A stretch of 64,000 nt of DNA from Planctomycetota bacterium (GTDB taxonomy: Bacteria; Planctomycetota; UBA8742; UBA2392): assembly GCA_019912315.1 (NCBI GenBank), contig JAIOJA010000057.1:54351-118350 (forward strand). Direction: 5' to 3'. How positions within the stretch are numbered: the first letter of the stretch is position 1; each line of letters begins with the position of its first letter. Below the pieces are notes generated by a model. The model was not told where the DNA came from and did no database searches. It was given only the letters and a program-made list of their open reading frames with translations. Shown in pieces: positions 55,966 through 64,000 of this stretch. The translations under genes and the position numbers were made by a program.

Positions 55966-56912
55966 AGCTGAAGATCCTGCTGCTTGGCGCAGTCAGCATC
56001 GCCGTGGTCGCGGTCTCACCCTGGTTGGGGCAGTCCCTCGATGGTGATTCCGGGCGCTTTATTCTGCTGGAGCTGCGCATCCCCCGTGTACTCATGGCCG
56101 TGCTGGTCGGCGGCACCATGTCGCTGGTGGGCGCGTGCTACCAGACGATCTTTGCCAACCCCCTTGCAGCGCCCAGCACCGTCGGCACGACTGCCGGCGC
56201 GACCCTTGGCGCCCTGGCGGCCGTGGTGCTCGCGCCGGCACTTCATCTGTCCGCGGCGGGCGGCATTCCGCTGACGGCCGCCTTCGCATTTGCCGGCGCC
56301 CTGATTGTCAGCTTCGTGATTGCCGCCATCGCCTCCAGCGGGCGGGCCCGAGTGAACGATATTCTGCTGGCCGGCATCGCCATTTCATTGGCGGCCGGGG
56401 CGGTATCGGCCGGGCTTCAGTACAGCGCGGACCAGCTTCAGCTTTACGCCGCCATTCAGTGGACTCTGGGGCACTTACCGCAAGTAGGCTATCGCGGCGT
56501 GGCCATGATCCTGCCGTTCGTCCTGGCAACCTGGGCGATCCTGCTGGCCAACACGCGGGGCTTGCAGACCCTGCTGGGCGGTGAAGAACGCGCGCATTCA
56601 CAGGGCGTTAATGTACCGCGGCTGCGGGCGCTGGTGCTTGGCATCGGCGCGTTGGGCGTCGGGGGCTGTGTCGCCTGGTGCGGGCCGATCGCGTTCATTG
56701 GGCTGATCGTGCCGCACATTGTGCGCCTGACAGTCGGGGGCTCGCGTCGGGTCATGCTGCCGATGTCAATTGTGACCGGGGCCGGCTTTCTGGCGGGCTG
56801 CGATACGCTTTCGCGCCTGGCCTGGCCTGGGCGCGAGCTTCCCGTCGGCGTGGTAACAAGCGCCATCGGGGCGCCACTGCTGGTGTGGCTGGTGGTGCGC
56901 CAAAAGCGTTAG
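55962..56912 (+). CDS. ABC transporter permease, FecCD/BtuC family
   Basis: ~9 TM helices. FecCD-type motifs (LLGGEERAHSQGVNV; GPIAFIGLIVPHIVR). Confidence 0.85.
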   Translation: MKLKILLLGAVSIAVVAVSPWLGQSLDGDSGRFILLELRIPRVLMAVLVGGTMSLVGACYQTIFANPLAAPSTVGTTAGATLGALAAVVLAPALHLSAAGGIPLTAAFAFAGALIVSFVIAAIASSGRARVNDILLAGIAISLAAGAVSAGLQYSADQLQLYAAIQWTLGHLPQVGYRGVAMILPFVLATWAILLANTRGLQTLLGGEERAHSQGVNVPRLRALVLGIGALGVGGCVAWCGPIAFIGLIVPHIVRLTVGGSRRVMLPMSIVTGAGFLAGCDTLSRLAWPGRELPVGVVTSAIGAPLLVWLVVRQKR

Positions 56913-56983
56913 GCGCGTGTATTTTTCCCATCGAATTGTGGATAAAGGCGTTACACGCTATACACCCGTTACGGAGGTGGCCC

Positions 56984-58039
56984 TTGGCCCTTATAGACGA
57001 CAGCGATTTGCGCAAGCCCGAGGCTGAGCCCAAGGTCGTGTTCCAGCAAGCCCCGCGCGGCCCGCTGGTGCCGATTCTGCTTGTGGTGCTGATCCTTTGC
57101 GTAATCGCCCTGGCTGTCATCGTCGCACTGCCGTACATCCGCACGGACGGCGAATCCACCCCCGCCACCACGCCGCAAGTGTCGGCCTCGGATCTTGATC
57201 CGAAGCTGCTGCTCACCCCCACGGGGCGCAAGCTCGATGTTGTTGAGTTCGGCGGGTATCTGTTTGAAATCACGCGCATCGCGTACAGCAACCACGCGCC
57301 CTCGCGCACAGTCACCATCACGGTGCCGGGCGACCCGCCCGCGATGGGAATGTTCCACATTGGCGAGAGCTTCGCCGGTGGGAAAATCCGTATCGCGGAA
57401 ATCACGAACAGCGCGGTCGTCCTCGAGTGCAACGGCCAGCAGAAGTTCTTTCCGATCATTGGCTCTGACCCCAGTGCAATCTGGGACAAGGACACTGGCG
57501 TCCCTTCCGGCACGCACTTGATTCCACCGCGTGAAACAGGCGCCGTGCCCGACATTCCCACCGGCGCACAACGTCCGCCAAAGCATCCGGTCCCGGAGGT
57601 AATCGACAACCCAGACGATCGCCCCGGCATTGAATCCATCGACGACCTGCCCTGGTTCGAAGAGCAGGCCCTTGCCCGTGAAGACTACGCCAAGCTTGTC
57701 AGCAACCTGCCCGATCTGCTGGAGCGCGAGTTTGTGTTTGCCGTGGCAATCGAGCCCGAGACCCGCATGTCCTACGGGCTTGAAATCAAGAACGTGCTGG
57801 CCGACTCTTACTTCTATTCGCATGGGCTGCAGGTTGGCGACGTGATTCTGTTCCTGAACGGCGAGCCCGTGACACGCGTCAGCGACCTCGACAGTGTCTC
57901 GCGCCGCAACAGCCTGTTCGCCGACCAGATCATGATCGAAATTGAGCGCACCCGCCGCACCACCGACCCCGAAACCGGCGAGACCAGGAACGTCTCTGAT
58001 CGGATCACGTTTGTCTTCGCCCCCGGCGTGCCGGACTGA
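56984..58039 (+). CDS. membrane-anchored PDZ-domain protein (GspC-like architecture)
   Basis: TTG 56984 preceded by GGAGGT at a 5-nt spacing (no ATG lies upstream of the TM helix). One TM helix LVPILLVVLILCVIALAVIVAL. C-terminal PDZ-like GLQVGDVILFLNGEPVTRVSDL. Confidence 0.5.
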   Translation: MALIDDSDLRKPEAEPKVVFQQAPRGPLVPILLVVLILCVIALAVIVALPYIRTDGESTPATTPQVSASDLDPKLLLTPTGRKLDVVEFGGYLFEITRIAYSNHAPSRTVTITVPGDPPAMGMFHIGESFAGGKIRIAEITNSAVVLECNGQQKFFPIIGSDPSAIWDKDTGVPSGTHLIPPRETGAVPDIPTGAQRPPKHPVPEVIDNPDDRPGIESIDDLPWFEEQALAREDYAKLVSNLPDLLEREFVFAVAIEPETRMSYGLEIKNVLADSYFYSHGLQVGDVILFLNGEPVTRVSDLDSVSRRNSLFADQIMIEIERTRRTTDPETGETRNVSDRITFVFAPGVPD

Positions 58040-58122
58040 GCGGCAGCGCCCCCGCAACCCGCCCGAATTTTGAATTTGCCTGACCCCATTTTCTGTGCGC
58101 CCGGCACTACTAGATTGTGTTG

Positions 58123-58629
58123 ATGGCCACAGATCACAGGCAGGAGCTGGAAGAGCTCGTACGCGCGCACCAGCGTGGCGTGTGGCGCTATCTGCGCTAC
58201 ATCGGCGCCGGCAACGCGGAAGCAGACGATCTGACCCAGGAAACTTTCCTGACTGTATGGAAGCAGCCGTTCGAGCAGTACGACCAGAAGGCGACTGCGG
58301 CCTACCTGCGGCAGGTGGCGAAGAACAAATTCCTGATGCTGTTGCGCGCGCAGAAGCGGCGCCCGGAAGTGAACGACCTGGACGCAGCCACGCAGTTGTT
58401 CAGCGAGTTCGCCAGAGACGACGGCGGCGACGCCCACATGCTGGCACTGACAGGCTGCATTGAGGCGCTGCAAGGCAAAGCGAAGCAAGTGGTGCGGATT
58501 TACTACTACGAAGGGCATTCCCGGGCGAGTGCCGCGACAGAGATGCAGATGACCGAAGAAGGCATCAAGACTCTGCTGCGCCGCGTAAAAGATGCACTGC
58601 GCGAATGTGTCGAAAGGAAGCTCAAGTGA
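58123..58629 (+). CDS. ECF-type RNA polymerase sigma factor
   Basis: Region 2 DDLTQETFLTVWKQ...YLRQVAKNKFLMLLR and region 4 near the C-terminus. ATG 58123 (the ORF track starts at GTG 58117). Confidence 0.8.
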   Translation: MATDHRQELEELVRAHQRGVWRYLRYIGAGNAEADDLTQETFLTVWKQPFEQYDQKATAAYLRQVAKNKFLMLLRAQKRRPEVNDLDAATQLFSEFARDDGGDAHMLALTGCIEALQGKAKQVVRIYYYEGHSRASAATEMQMTEEGIKTLLRRVKDALRECVERKLK

Positions 58630-60302
58630 ACGACGAACGCGACAGGCTCGAAGACCTCAACATAGAGGAAGCCGTCGGGCGCAGCACGCCGCCGGACCTG
58701 GCAGAGCGCATTCTCGCGGCCGCCGGCAAGCGCGAACTGGACGATGCCGTAACACCCATCAGCGGCAGACACGCCGTGCCGCGCACCCACCGCCCCACCG
58801 GTCGCCGCATGACCAGCCCGATCGCCCGCAAGAACTGGCAGGGCGCGGGCGTAGTCACTGCGTTTGCGCTGCTGTTCGTGGTTGGGCTGATCGCGTTCAT
58901 CCTGTTGAATGACCCCAGCGCGCCTACCGAACAAGACACAGCCGAGACACAAGAAAAGACCGACCAGGACCGGAATCAGCCGCGCCAACGCTTCGAAACC
59001 CCGACGAAGAAGCGTGAGCCGTCGAGCCCAGACAGCAACGAAGAACAACCCACACAACCGGCCCCGACTGACGAGCCCGAACCGGAGTCCGAGCCCGATA
59101 AGCCAGAGGACGTGGTCGATCAACCGGAACCCAGGGCCCCGGTCGAGGAGCCACAACCCGAACCCAGGGACACAGTCAAAGAACCTGAACCGGAGCCTGA
59201 GCAGCCAAAGGAAGAACCGGTCAAGCCTGAGCCCGAGCAACCGAAAGGCGCGGTCGAGCAGCCCAAAGATGACGACAAGACTGAGGTGAAGCCGGAGCCG
59301 AAGAAAGTTGCCGTCGCATACATTCCTGAAGACGCCTGGCGCAAGTACGAGTTTGGGCGCTATTCAGTCCGCAGATCAGCGAGTGACGAGTGGAACAGCA
59401 TTCATGGGCTTGAGAAGGAAATGGGACGCATCTGGCTCTACGAGGGTTGGCAACTCAAGACAGGCACGGGAGAGCTGTACTTTTCTAACGGAGCGCTGCT
59501 TCAACTTGATGGTGAAGTCGAGTTCCACACACACACGCGGGGCTTGCGGATCGAGCTGATTGACGACGACCTCTACGTCGACAACGTCGCCAGCTCATCC
59601 ACCGTCTTTGTCACGCACGAAGGTCTGGAAGTTGAAGTCGGGAATGGGGCGGCAGTCATTGAATCCTCGTCAGGCAAACTCGGCATCTTTTGCGTGGACG
59701 GCCAGGTCAGCGCCGGTGGCAAGCTCATCGCGGCCGGGCACAAAGCTTCGCTCAGCAACCGCGGGCTTTCCAGCATCAACGAGGTCACCCGCCGCGACTG
59801 GAGCCATCCACTGCTTACAGGCGCGCGACTGCGCCAACTTGGGATCGAAGACTTCGACCCTGCACCACTTGGCGGCATGATCAGCGGCAAAATCGAAACC
59901 CGTACTGCGGAGCAACTCGGGCTGGACGACGACGGGCACGTCGCGGTGGACAACGGCGGCAGCGCATCGGTGGCCTTCCGCTTTGATGGCGACCACGAAA
60001 CCCTGCGCGGCGAGAAGGTTCGCGTACGCTACCGCGTCAAAGGCGCGAAGAAGCTCATCCTTCAAATGTTCTGCCCGGCCCGGAACGACAACTTTGGCAC
60101 TGACATTGTCCCCGGGAAGGAAGGCGAGTGGAACGTCCTGGAAATCGCACTCAGCGACTTGCGCAACCGCGAGACTCACAAAGACGCGCCGCCACCGGGT
60201 ACGGTTTTGAGCAGCTTTGCACTGGCATTGACAGGTCAAGATGATGCGCAGATCGAGGTCGACTGGGTCGAGCTCGTGCGCGAAGCAGAGTTCGAAAAAT
60301 AG
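58626..60302 (+). CDS. anti-sigma factor-like membrane protein with Pro/Glu-rich periplasmic linker and FecR-like C-terminal domain
   Basis: GTG 58626 overlaps the sigma gene stop (GTGA). One TM helix GAGVVTAFALLFVVGLIAFILL. ~130-aa PE-rich low-complexity tract (EPEPESEPDKPE...). C-terminal beta-rich domain. Confidence 0.55.
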   Translation: MNDERDRLEDLNIEEAVGRSTPPDLAERILAAAGKRELDDAVTPISGRHAVPRTHRPTGRRMTSPIARKNWQGAGVVTAFALLFVVGLIAFILLNDPSAPTEQDTAETQEKTDQDRNQPRQRFETPTKKREPSSPDSNEEQPTQPAPTDEPEPESEPDKPEDVVDQPEPRAPVEEPQPEPRDTVKEPEPEPEQPKEEPVKPEPEQPKGAVEQPKDDDKTEVKPEPKKVAVAYIPEDAWRKYEFGRYSVRRSASDEWNSIHGLEKEMGRIWLYEGWQLKTGTGELYFSNGALLQLDGEVEFHTHTRGLRIELIDDDLYVDNVASSSTVFVTHEGLEVEVGNGAAVIESSSGKLGIFCVDGQVSAGGKLIAAGHKASLSNRGLSSINEVTRRDWSHPLLTGARLRQLGIEDFDPAPLGGMISGKIETRTAEQLGLDDDGHVAVDNGGSASVAFRFDGDHETLRGEKVRVRYRVKGAKKLILQMFCPARNDNFGTDIVPGKEGEWNVLEIALSDLRNRETHKDAPPPGTVLSSFALALTGQDDAQIEVDWVELVREAEFEK

Positions 60303-60317
60303 ACACGGAGTCAAACT

Positions 60318-62270
60318 ATGAAAACGACAGCCATGCTGTTGCTGGTGGTGCTTTGCGCCTGCACGATCGAAGCGAAAGAATGGACACCCGCGCCCGCGCT
60401 GCCAAACCCGAGCGGAACCACAGTCGTCAACGTCAGCAGCGTGGCGCAACTGCTGGCCGCGGTCGGCAACATCCAGAGCAATCAGTTGATCCTGCTTGCG
60501 CCCGGCACCTACAACCTGACCAACTCCTGCTGGTTCAACCCGGCCAGCACCATCACCAACATTGGAATCCGCGGGTCAACGGGTGATGCTGACGACGTTC
60601 AGCTCATCGGTGCGGGCATGACCAACAACTCCATCCAGCACGGCATATGGGTCGGCAAGGTCAACGGCATGTTAATCGCCGACCTGACAATCCGCGAAGT
60701 CTACTACCATCCGGTACAGGTCACGGCCGACAGCAGCAACGTGCATTTCTACAACCTGAAACTGATCGACGCGGGCGAGCAGTTCATCAAAGGCAGTAGC
60801 GGCGGCAGCCAGGGCACAGGCAGCGACTTCGGCATCGTTGAGTACTGCTATTTCGAATACACCAATCAGGGCACAAACTACACCAACGGCGTCGACATCC
60901 ACGGCGGTGCAGACTGGATCATCCGCCACTGCAAGTTTGTGCGCATCAACGTCATCGGCGGCTACGGCCCCGCGATCCTTATGTGGAACGGGTGCAGCGG
61001 CACCATCGTCGAGGGCAACACGTTCATCAACTGCGAGATGGCCATCGCCCTCGGTTATTCAGACAAAACGCCAAGCGACCACAGCGGCGGCATTGTGCGC
61101 AATAACTTCATTTACCGCGCGTCGGGTACGCCGCAGGGCGTGGACAGCCCGGACTGCTCCGTGCTGATCTGGGACTCGCCGAACACGAAGGTCTTGAACA
61201 ACACGATCATTCAAAATGGCAGCTACGCCAACGCGATCGAATACCGCTTCGGCACGACAGGTGCCGAGATTCGAAACAACATCTGCGACGCAAACATCGC
61301 GGATCGCGGCAGCGGCACAAGCGGCAACACCGTCGCCAACAACGTGACGAACGCCCAGGCAAGCTGGTTCGTCAGTGCGAGCACGGGCGACCTGCGTTTG
61401 GTCAGCACGGCCACTAGCGCCATTGACCAGGGGCAGGTGCACGCGCAGGTTGCAGACGACTACGACGGCAATGCCCGCGGCGGCAGCCCCGACATCGGCG
61501 CTCACGAATTCAACGGCACTCCGGCGAATCAGGCGCCTGTAGCAAGCGCGACCTACACCGGCACGCCCAACGTCGGCAACACACTCACTCTCGATGGCAC
61601 CGGCAGCAGCGACCCGGACGCCGGGCCCAGCGCGCTGACTTTCGCCTGGACTCAGGTCAGCGGGCCGACCATCAGTATCAGCAACGCCAGCTCATCCAGC
61701 GCGACCGTCACGCCGACGACCGTGGGCGCCTACGTCTTCCGATTGACCGTAAACGACAGCGCGGCCACGGACACCGACGACGTAAGCATCACTGTGATCG
61801 ACCCGGCACTTACCATCAGCACCGGCACCTGGACCATGCAGGTCAACGACGGCAGTCTGCCTGCCAGCAGCACCCGCACGCTCTCCTACGGAGGCACCGG
61901 CACGCTCGCGGTCAACGTCAGCAGCAGCGAAACATGGCTCAGCGTCAGCTTCGATAACGGCAGCGGCGGCAGCACACTCGCCCCGAGCGCTGGCGGGACC
62001 ATCACGGCGACAGTCAGCAGCCTTGCTGGGCTCAGCAAGGGCGCGCACACCGCGACAATCACGGTCACGGGCAACGACGGCGTCAGTCACAATGTGCAGA
62101 TTGCGTTCGAGCTGACCTACACCGACCCGATCAGCGGCGGCAACGGCGGCGGCGGGGGTGGTGGTTGCGCGGCCGGAACGGAGTGGTCCTGGGCGCACCT
62201 TTCAGGACTGATCCTGGTTCTCTGTTGGGCCCGCTATGAGCGCAGAGCCCGGCTCTTCGTACCTGCCTGA
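60318..62270 (+). CDS. secreted right-handed beta-helix (pectate-lyase-fold) protein with PKD-like domain and Gly-rich/TM/basic C-terminal sorting-signal-like tail
   Basis: Signal peptide MKTTAMLLLVVLCACTIEA. Repetitive N/G/T-rich beta-helix turns. PKD-like block PVASATYTGTPNVGNTLTLDGTGSSDPDAGPSALTFAWTQVSGP. C-terminus GGNGGGGGGGCAAGTEWSWAHLSGLILVLCWARYERRAR. Confidence 0.65.
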   Translation: MKTTAMLLLVVLCACTIEAKEWTPAPALPNPSGTTVVNVSSVAQLLAAVGNIQSNQLILLAPGTYNLTNSCWFNPASTITNIGIRGSTGDADDVQLIGAGMTNNSIQHGIWVGKVNGMLIADLTIREVYYHPVQVTADSSNVHFYNLKLIDAGEQFIKGSSGGSQGTGSDFGIVEYCYFEYTNQGTNYTNGVDIHGGADWIIRHCKFVRINVIGGYGPAILMWNGCSGTIVEGNTFINCEMAIALGYSDKTPSDHSGGIVRNNFIYRASGTPQGVDSPDCSVLIWDSPNTKVLNNTIIQNGSYANAIEYRFGTTGAEIRNNICDANIADRGSGTSGNTVANNVTNAQASWFVSASTGDLRLVSTATSAIDQGQVHAQVADDYDGNARGGSPDIGAHEFNGTPANQAPVASATYTGTPNVGNTLTLDGTGSSDPDAGPSALTFAWTQVSGPTISISNASSSSATVTPTTVGAYVFRLTVNDSAATDTDDVSITVIDPALTISTGTWTMQVNDGSLPASSTRTLSYGGTGTLAVNVSSSETWLSVSFDNGSGGSTLAPSAGGTITATVSSLAGLSKGAHTATITVTGNDGVSHNVQIAFELTYTDPISGGNGGGGGGGCAAGTEWSWAHLSGLILVLCWARYERRARLFVPA

Positions 62271-62387
62271 CTGCTCGGCGTCTAAAAGAAGGCGAGTACG
62301 TCAAAACCAGGTGCGGCAGGCCCATCACAACGCCGCCCTTTGGCCCTGGGTCGGAAATCCAGGCCGCTGCGCTGGTGTAAACCGCCA

Positions 62388-63371
62388 TCAGCTTCCCAGC
62401 TGGTGCTTCAGTGTCGCGATGAACTGTTCGCCCAGAGGCTCAATGCCGTTTGGCCCCTTGAGGACATACTCAACGGCTTTGATGATGTTCGCCTTCATCT
62501 GCGGGTTGCCATCCTGATTCAAAACAGCGACGTGCTGCCACAGGTCCGCATCCACATCCAGTACTTCAACGGGCTGCGCAAGTTGCCGCTGAATGCGCGC
62601 TTGCGCCGCGGGCCCCAGCAGCTTCGCCGCGACCGCGCGCGCCCGCTGCAAGGCATCTTGCGTCAAGTCCGGGTCAACCGATGCCGCAAGCGCCAGAATT
62701 CCCAGCGCCGCCTGCTTGGGCGACGGCGCCGCGGCACCCCCCACGGGACGCGGCGCCTGCGCCGGCTGTGGCGAAGGCGCCGCGTAGCCGCTTTGCGGCG
62801 CATACTGGGGATTCGCATAGCCGGACTGCGGCGCGTACTGGGGATTCGCGTAGCCGGACTGCGGCGCGTATTGCGGGTTGCCGTAGCCGCCCTGCGGATT
62901 GCCGTACCCTGTCATCCCGTAGCCGGGCTGCGCCACCTGCGAGCGCTCTTTCAGCGCGAAGATGGCAAGCACGATCAGCGCGATGTTCGGTACTACCCAG
63001 CACATCGTCCCTACCACGTTGCCGTCCTGAAACAGCGTGCCTATGAACAGCAACGACGACAGCCCGGTGTCCACCAGCCCCATGATCGGCCCGGCGACGT
63101 GGCCCTTGATCGCCAGAACGCCCCCTGCCACCGAGTAACCCAGCCACACCACAAAGATCAGCGCGATCATCCCCACAATCGCGCCCGCCTCACCGCCCAA
63201 CTGGTCGGCCAGAATGCCAGCCGCAAACAGCACGAACAGAATCACGACGCCGCACAGCAGTGCGCGTATCGCGATGTAGGCGATACCGAACGTCTTGTGC
63301 ATCTTGCGGATCGGACCACCCGATGGCGCCGGCGCCGTCGTTGGCTGTCCGTATGGCTGATAGGATTGCAT
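62388..63371 (-). CDS. membrane protein with 4 TM helices, GYxNPQYAPQS tandem repeats and helical C-terminal domain
   Basis: ATG 63371 preceded by AAGGG. Hydrophobic helices in residues 30-160. Repeat region GYGNPQGGYGNPQYAPQSGYANPQYAPQSGYANPQYAPQSGYAAP. Confidence 0.6.
   Translation of the reverse strand: MQSYQPYGQPTTAPAPSGGPIRKMHKTFGIAYIAIRALLCGVVILFVLFAAGILADQLGGEAGAIVGMIALIFVVWLGYSVAGGVLAIKGHVAGPIMGLVDTGLSSLLFIGTLFQDGNVVGTMCWVVPNIALIVLAIFALKERSQVAQPGYGMTGYGNPQGGYGNPQYAPQSGYANPQYAPQSGYANPQYAPQSGYAAPSPQPAQAPRPVGGAAAPSPKQAALGILALAASVDPDLTQDALQRARAVAAKLLGPAAQARIQRQLAQPVEVLDVDADLWQHVAVLNQDGNPQMKANIIKAVEYVLKGPNGIEPLGEQFIATLKHQLGS
62784..62909. repeat. 33-bp tandem repeat x3.8, in frame, encoding the GYANPQYAPQS units
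   Basis: Units at 62784-62816, 62817-62849, 62850-62882 and a partial unit at 62883-62909, >85% identical. Confidence 0.85.
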
Positions 63372-63494
63372 GGGCACCCTTTTTTCCCTGCTACAAGTCT
63401 AGCCCGCGCGACACGGCATGAAAGCCGCAAACGGGATCGGTACGCACATGTTCCATCCGCCGCCCGTCTTGGCAGAATGACGGCGGGAGACGCC

Positions 63495-64000
63495 ATGACA
63501 GAATACGTCTGGAAACCTGACGCCGAGACCATCGAGAACGCCAACATCACGCGCCTGATGCGCCGTCTGCAATTCGAGATCGACCCCGGCAAGCCGGATG
63601 AAGTTCACCGCCATGCGCGCGACTTCGTGAAGCGCACGCAGGACGACCCGGCCGGCTTCTGGGACGCGGCACTGCGCGACATGGAATTCGCCTGGTACAC
63701 CGAATACGAAACCACGCTCGATACCACCGAAGGCAACGCATGGGCCGACTGGTTCAAGGGCGGCGAAACGAACATCGCGCTCAACTGCGTTGACCGGCAC
63801 ATCGGCAGTGAACGCGCGTCGCAAGTTGCGCTGATCGCAGAAACCGAAGACGGCGGCGTGCGCGAGTTCACCTTCACCCAGCTCGGCGAGCAGGTGAACA
63901 AGGCCGCCAACGCACTTAAGGAATGCGGCGTCGAGCGCGGCGACACCGTGGCCTGCTACATGCCCATGGTTGCGGAAGTGGTCTTCGCCATGCTGGCGAC
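63495..64000 (+). CDS. AMP-forming acyl-CoA synthetase (acetyl-CoA synthetase family), 5' part, continues beyond the window
   Basis: N-terminal region ...GFWDAAL...WFKGGETNIALNCVDRH...REFTFTQLGEQVNKAANALKECGVERGDTVACYMPMVAEVVFAMLA parallels the Acs N-terminus (W..NL..NCLDRH...YMPMVPEAAVAMLA). Absent from the ORF track because no stop codon falls within the window. Confidence 0.7.
   Translation, partial: MTEYVWKPDAETIENANITRLMRRLQFEIDPGKPDEVHRHARDFVKRTQDDPAGFWDAALRDMEFAWYTEYETTLDTTEGNAWADWFKGGETNIALNCVDRHIGSERASQVALIAETEDGGVREFTFTQLGEQVNKAANALKECGVERGDTVACYMPMVAEVVFAMLA

Noticed and set aside
63399-63946. Two minus-strand ORFs (141 aa and 113 aa) near the window end
   Set aside because: Both are antisense to the clearly homologous acetyl-CoA-synthetase-family N-terminus on the plus strand.
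1-64000. Search for CRISPR arrays, transposases, integrases, phage genes and toxin-antitoxin pairs
   Set aside because: No spacer-repeat periodicity of 28-37 bp, no DDE/tyrosine-recombinase-like ORFs and no small paired ORFs with TA signatures were seen. The repeats found are short heptamer/33-bp tandem arrays, not CRISPR.

Overview
High-GC (~62%) bacterial chromosomal window with a Planctomycetota-like gene repertoire: giant WD40/PDZ Ser/Thr kinase, several ECF sigma/anti-sigma pairs, large secreted hypothetical proteins, and ABC importers without ATPase genes. About 50 protein genes, two tRNAs, one riboswitch. No transposase, integrase or CRISPR was seen. Recognisable genes, all positions in nt: (1) two family-5 ABC importer loci, SBP-SBP-DppB-DppC at 1428-7342 and SBP-DppB-DppC at 38517-44008, both without ATPase genes, the second with a large insertion in the DppC-like permease; (2) bioD, an MCE-family protein and an aminotransferase; (3) a 1469-aa membrane Ser/Thr kinase with WD40 and PDZ domains; (4) a Na/Pi cotransporter; (5) a heterodimeric ABC exporter pair with asymmetric ATP sites; (6) a BshC-family (bacillithiol Cys-ligase-like) gene divergent from a GT2 glycosyltransferase + SAM methyltransferase pair; (7) a block of secreted/HEAT/vWA/TPR proteins; (8) fur and rbfA; (9) an orphan NtrC-type sigma-54 activator followed by ccmB-ccmC-ccmD-like (no ccmA) and a DUF58 gene; (10) an ECF sigma plus a large anti-sigma with a squalene-cyclase-like domain; (11) tRNA-Glu and tRNA-Cys; (12) a cobalamin riboswitch in front of a btuF/btuD/btuC-like uptake operon; (13) a second ECF sigma/anti-sigma pair followed by a beta-helix/PKD secreted protein with a GlyGly-CTERM-like tail and a repeat-containing membrane protein; (14) the 5' part of an acyl-CoA synthetase gene at the window end. 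Most unusual non-coding signal: four arrays of tandem heptamers (period 7), two built as direct block / spacer / inverted block, concentrated around the sigma-54 activator and ccm genes (44012-47098), with one more heptamer array in the bshC promoter. There are also homopolymeric C10 and G7 tracts in promoters of secreted-protein genes. The ORF track counts GTG/TTG as starts, so several starts were moved to in-frame ATGs where a Shine-Dalgarno-like sequence or homology supports it.
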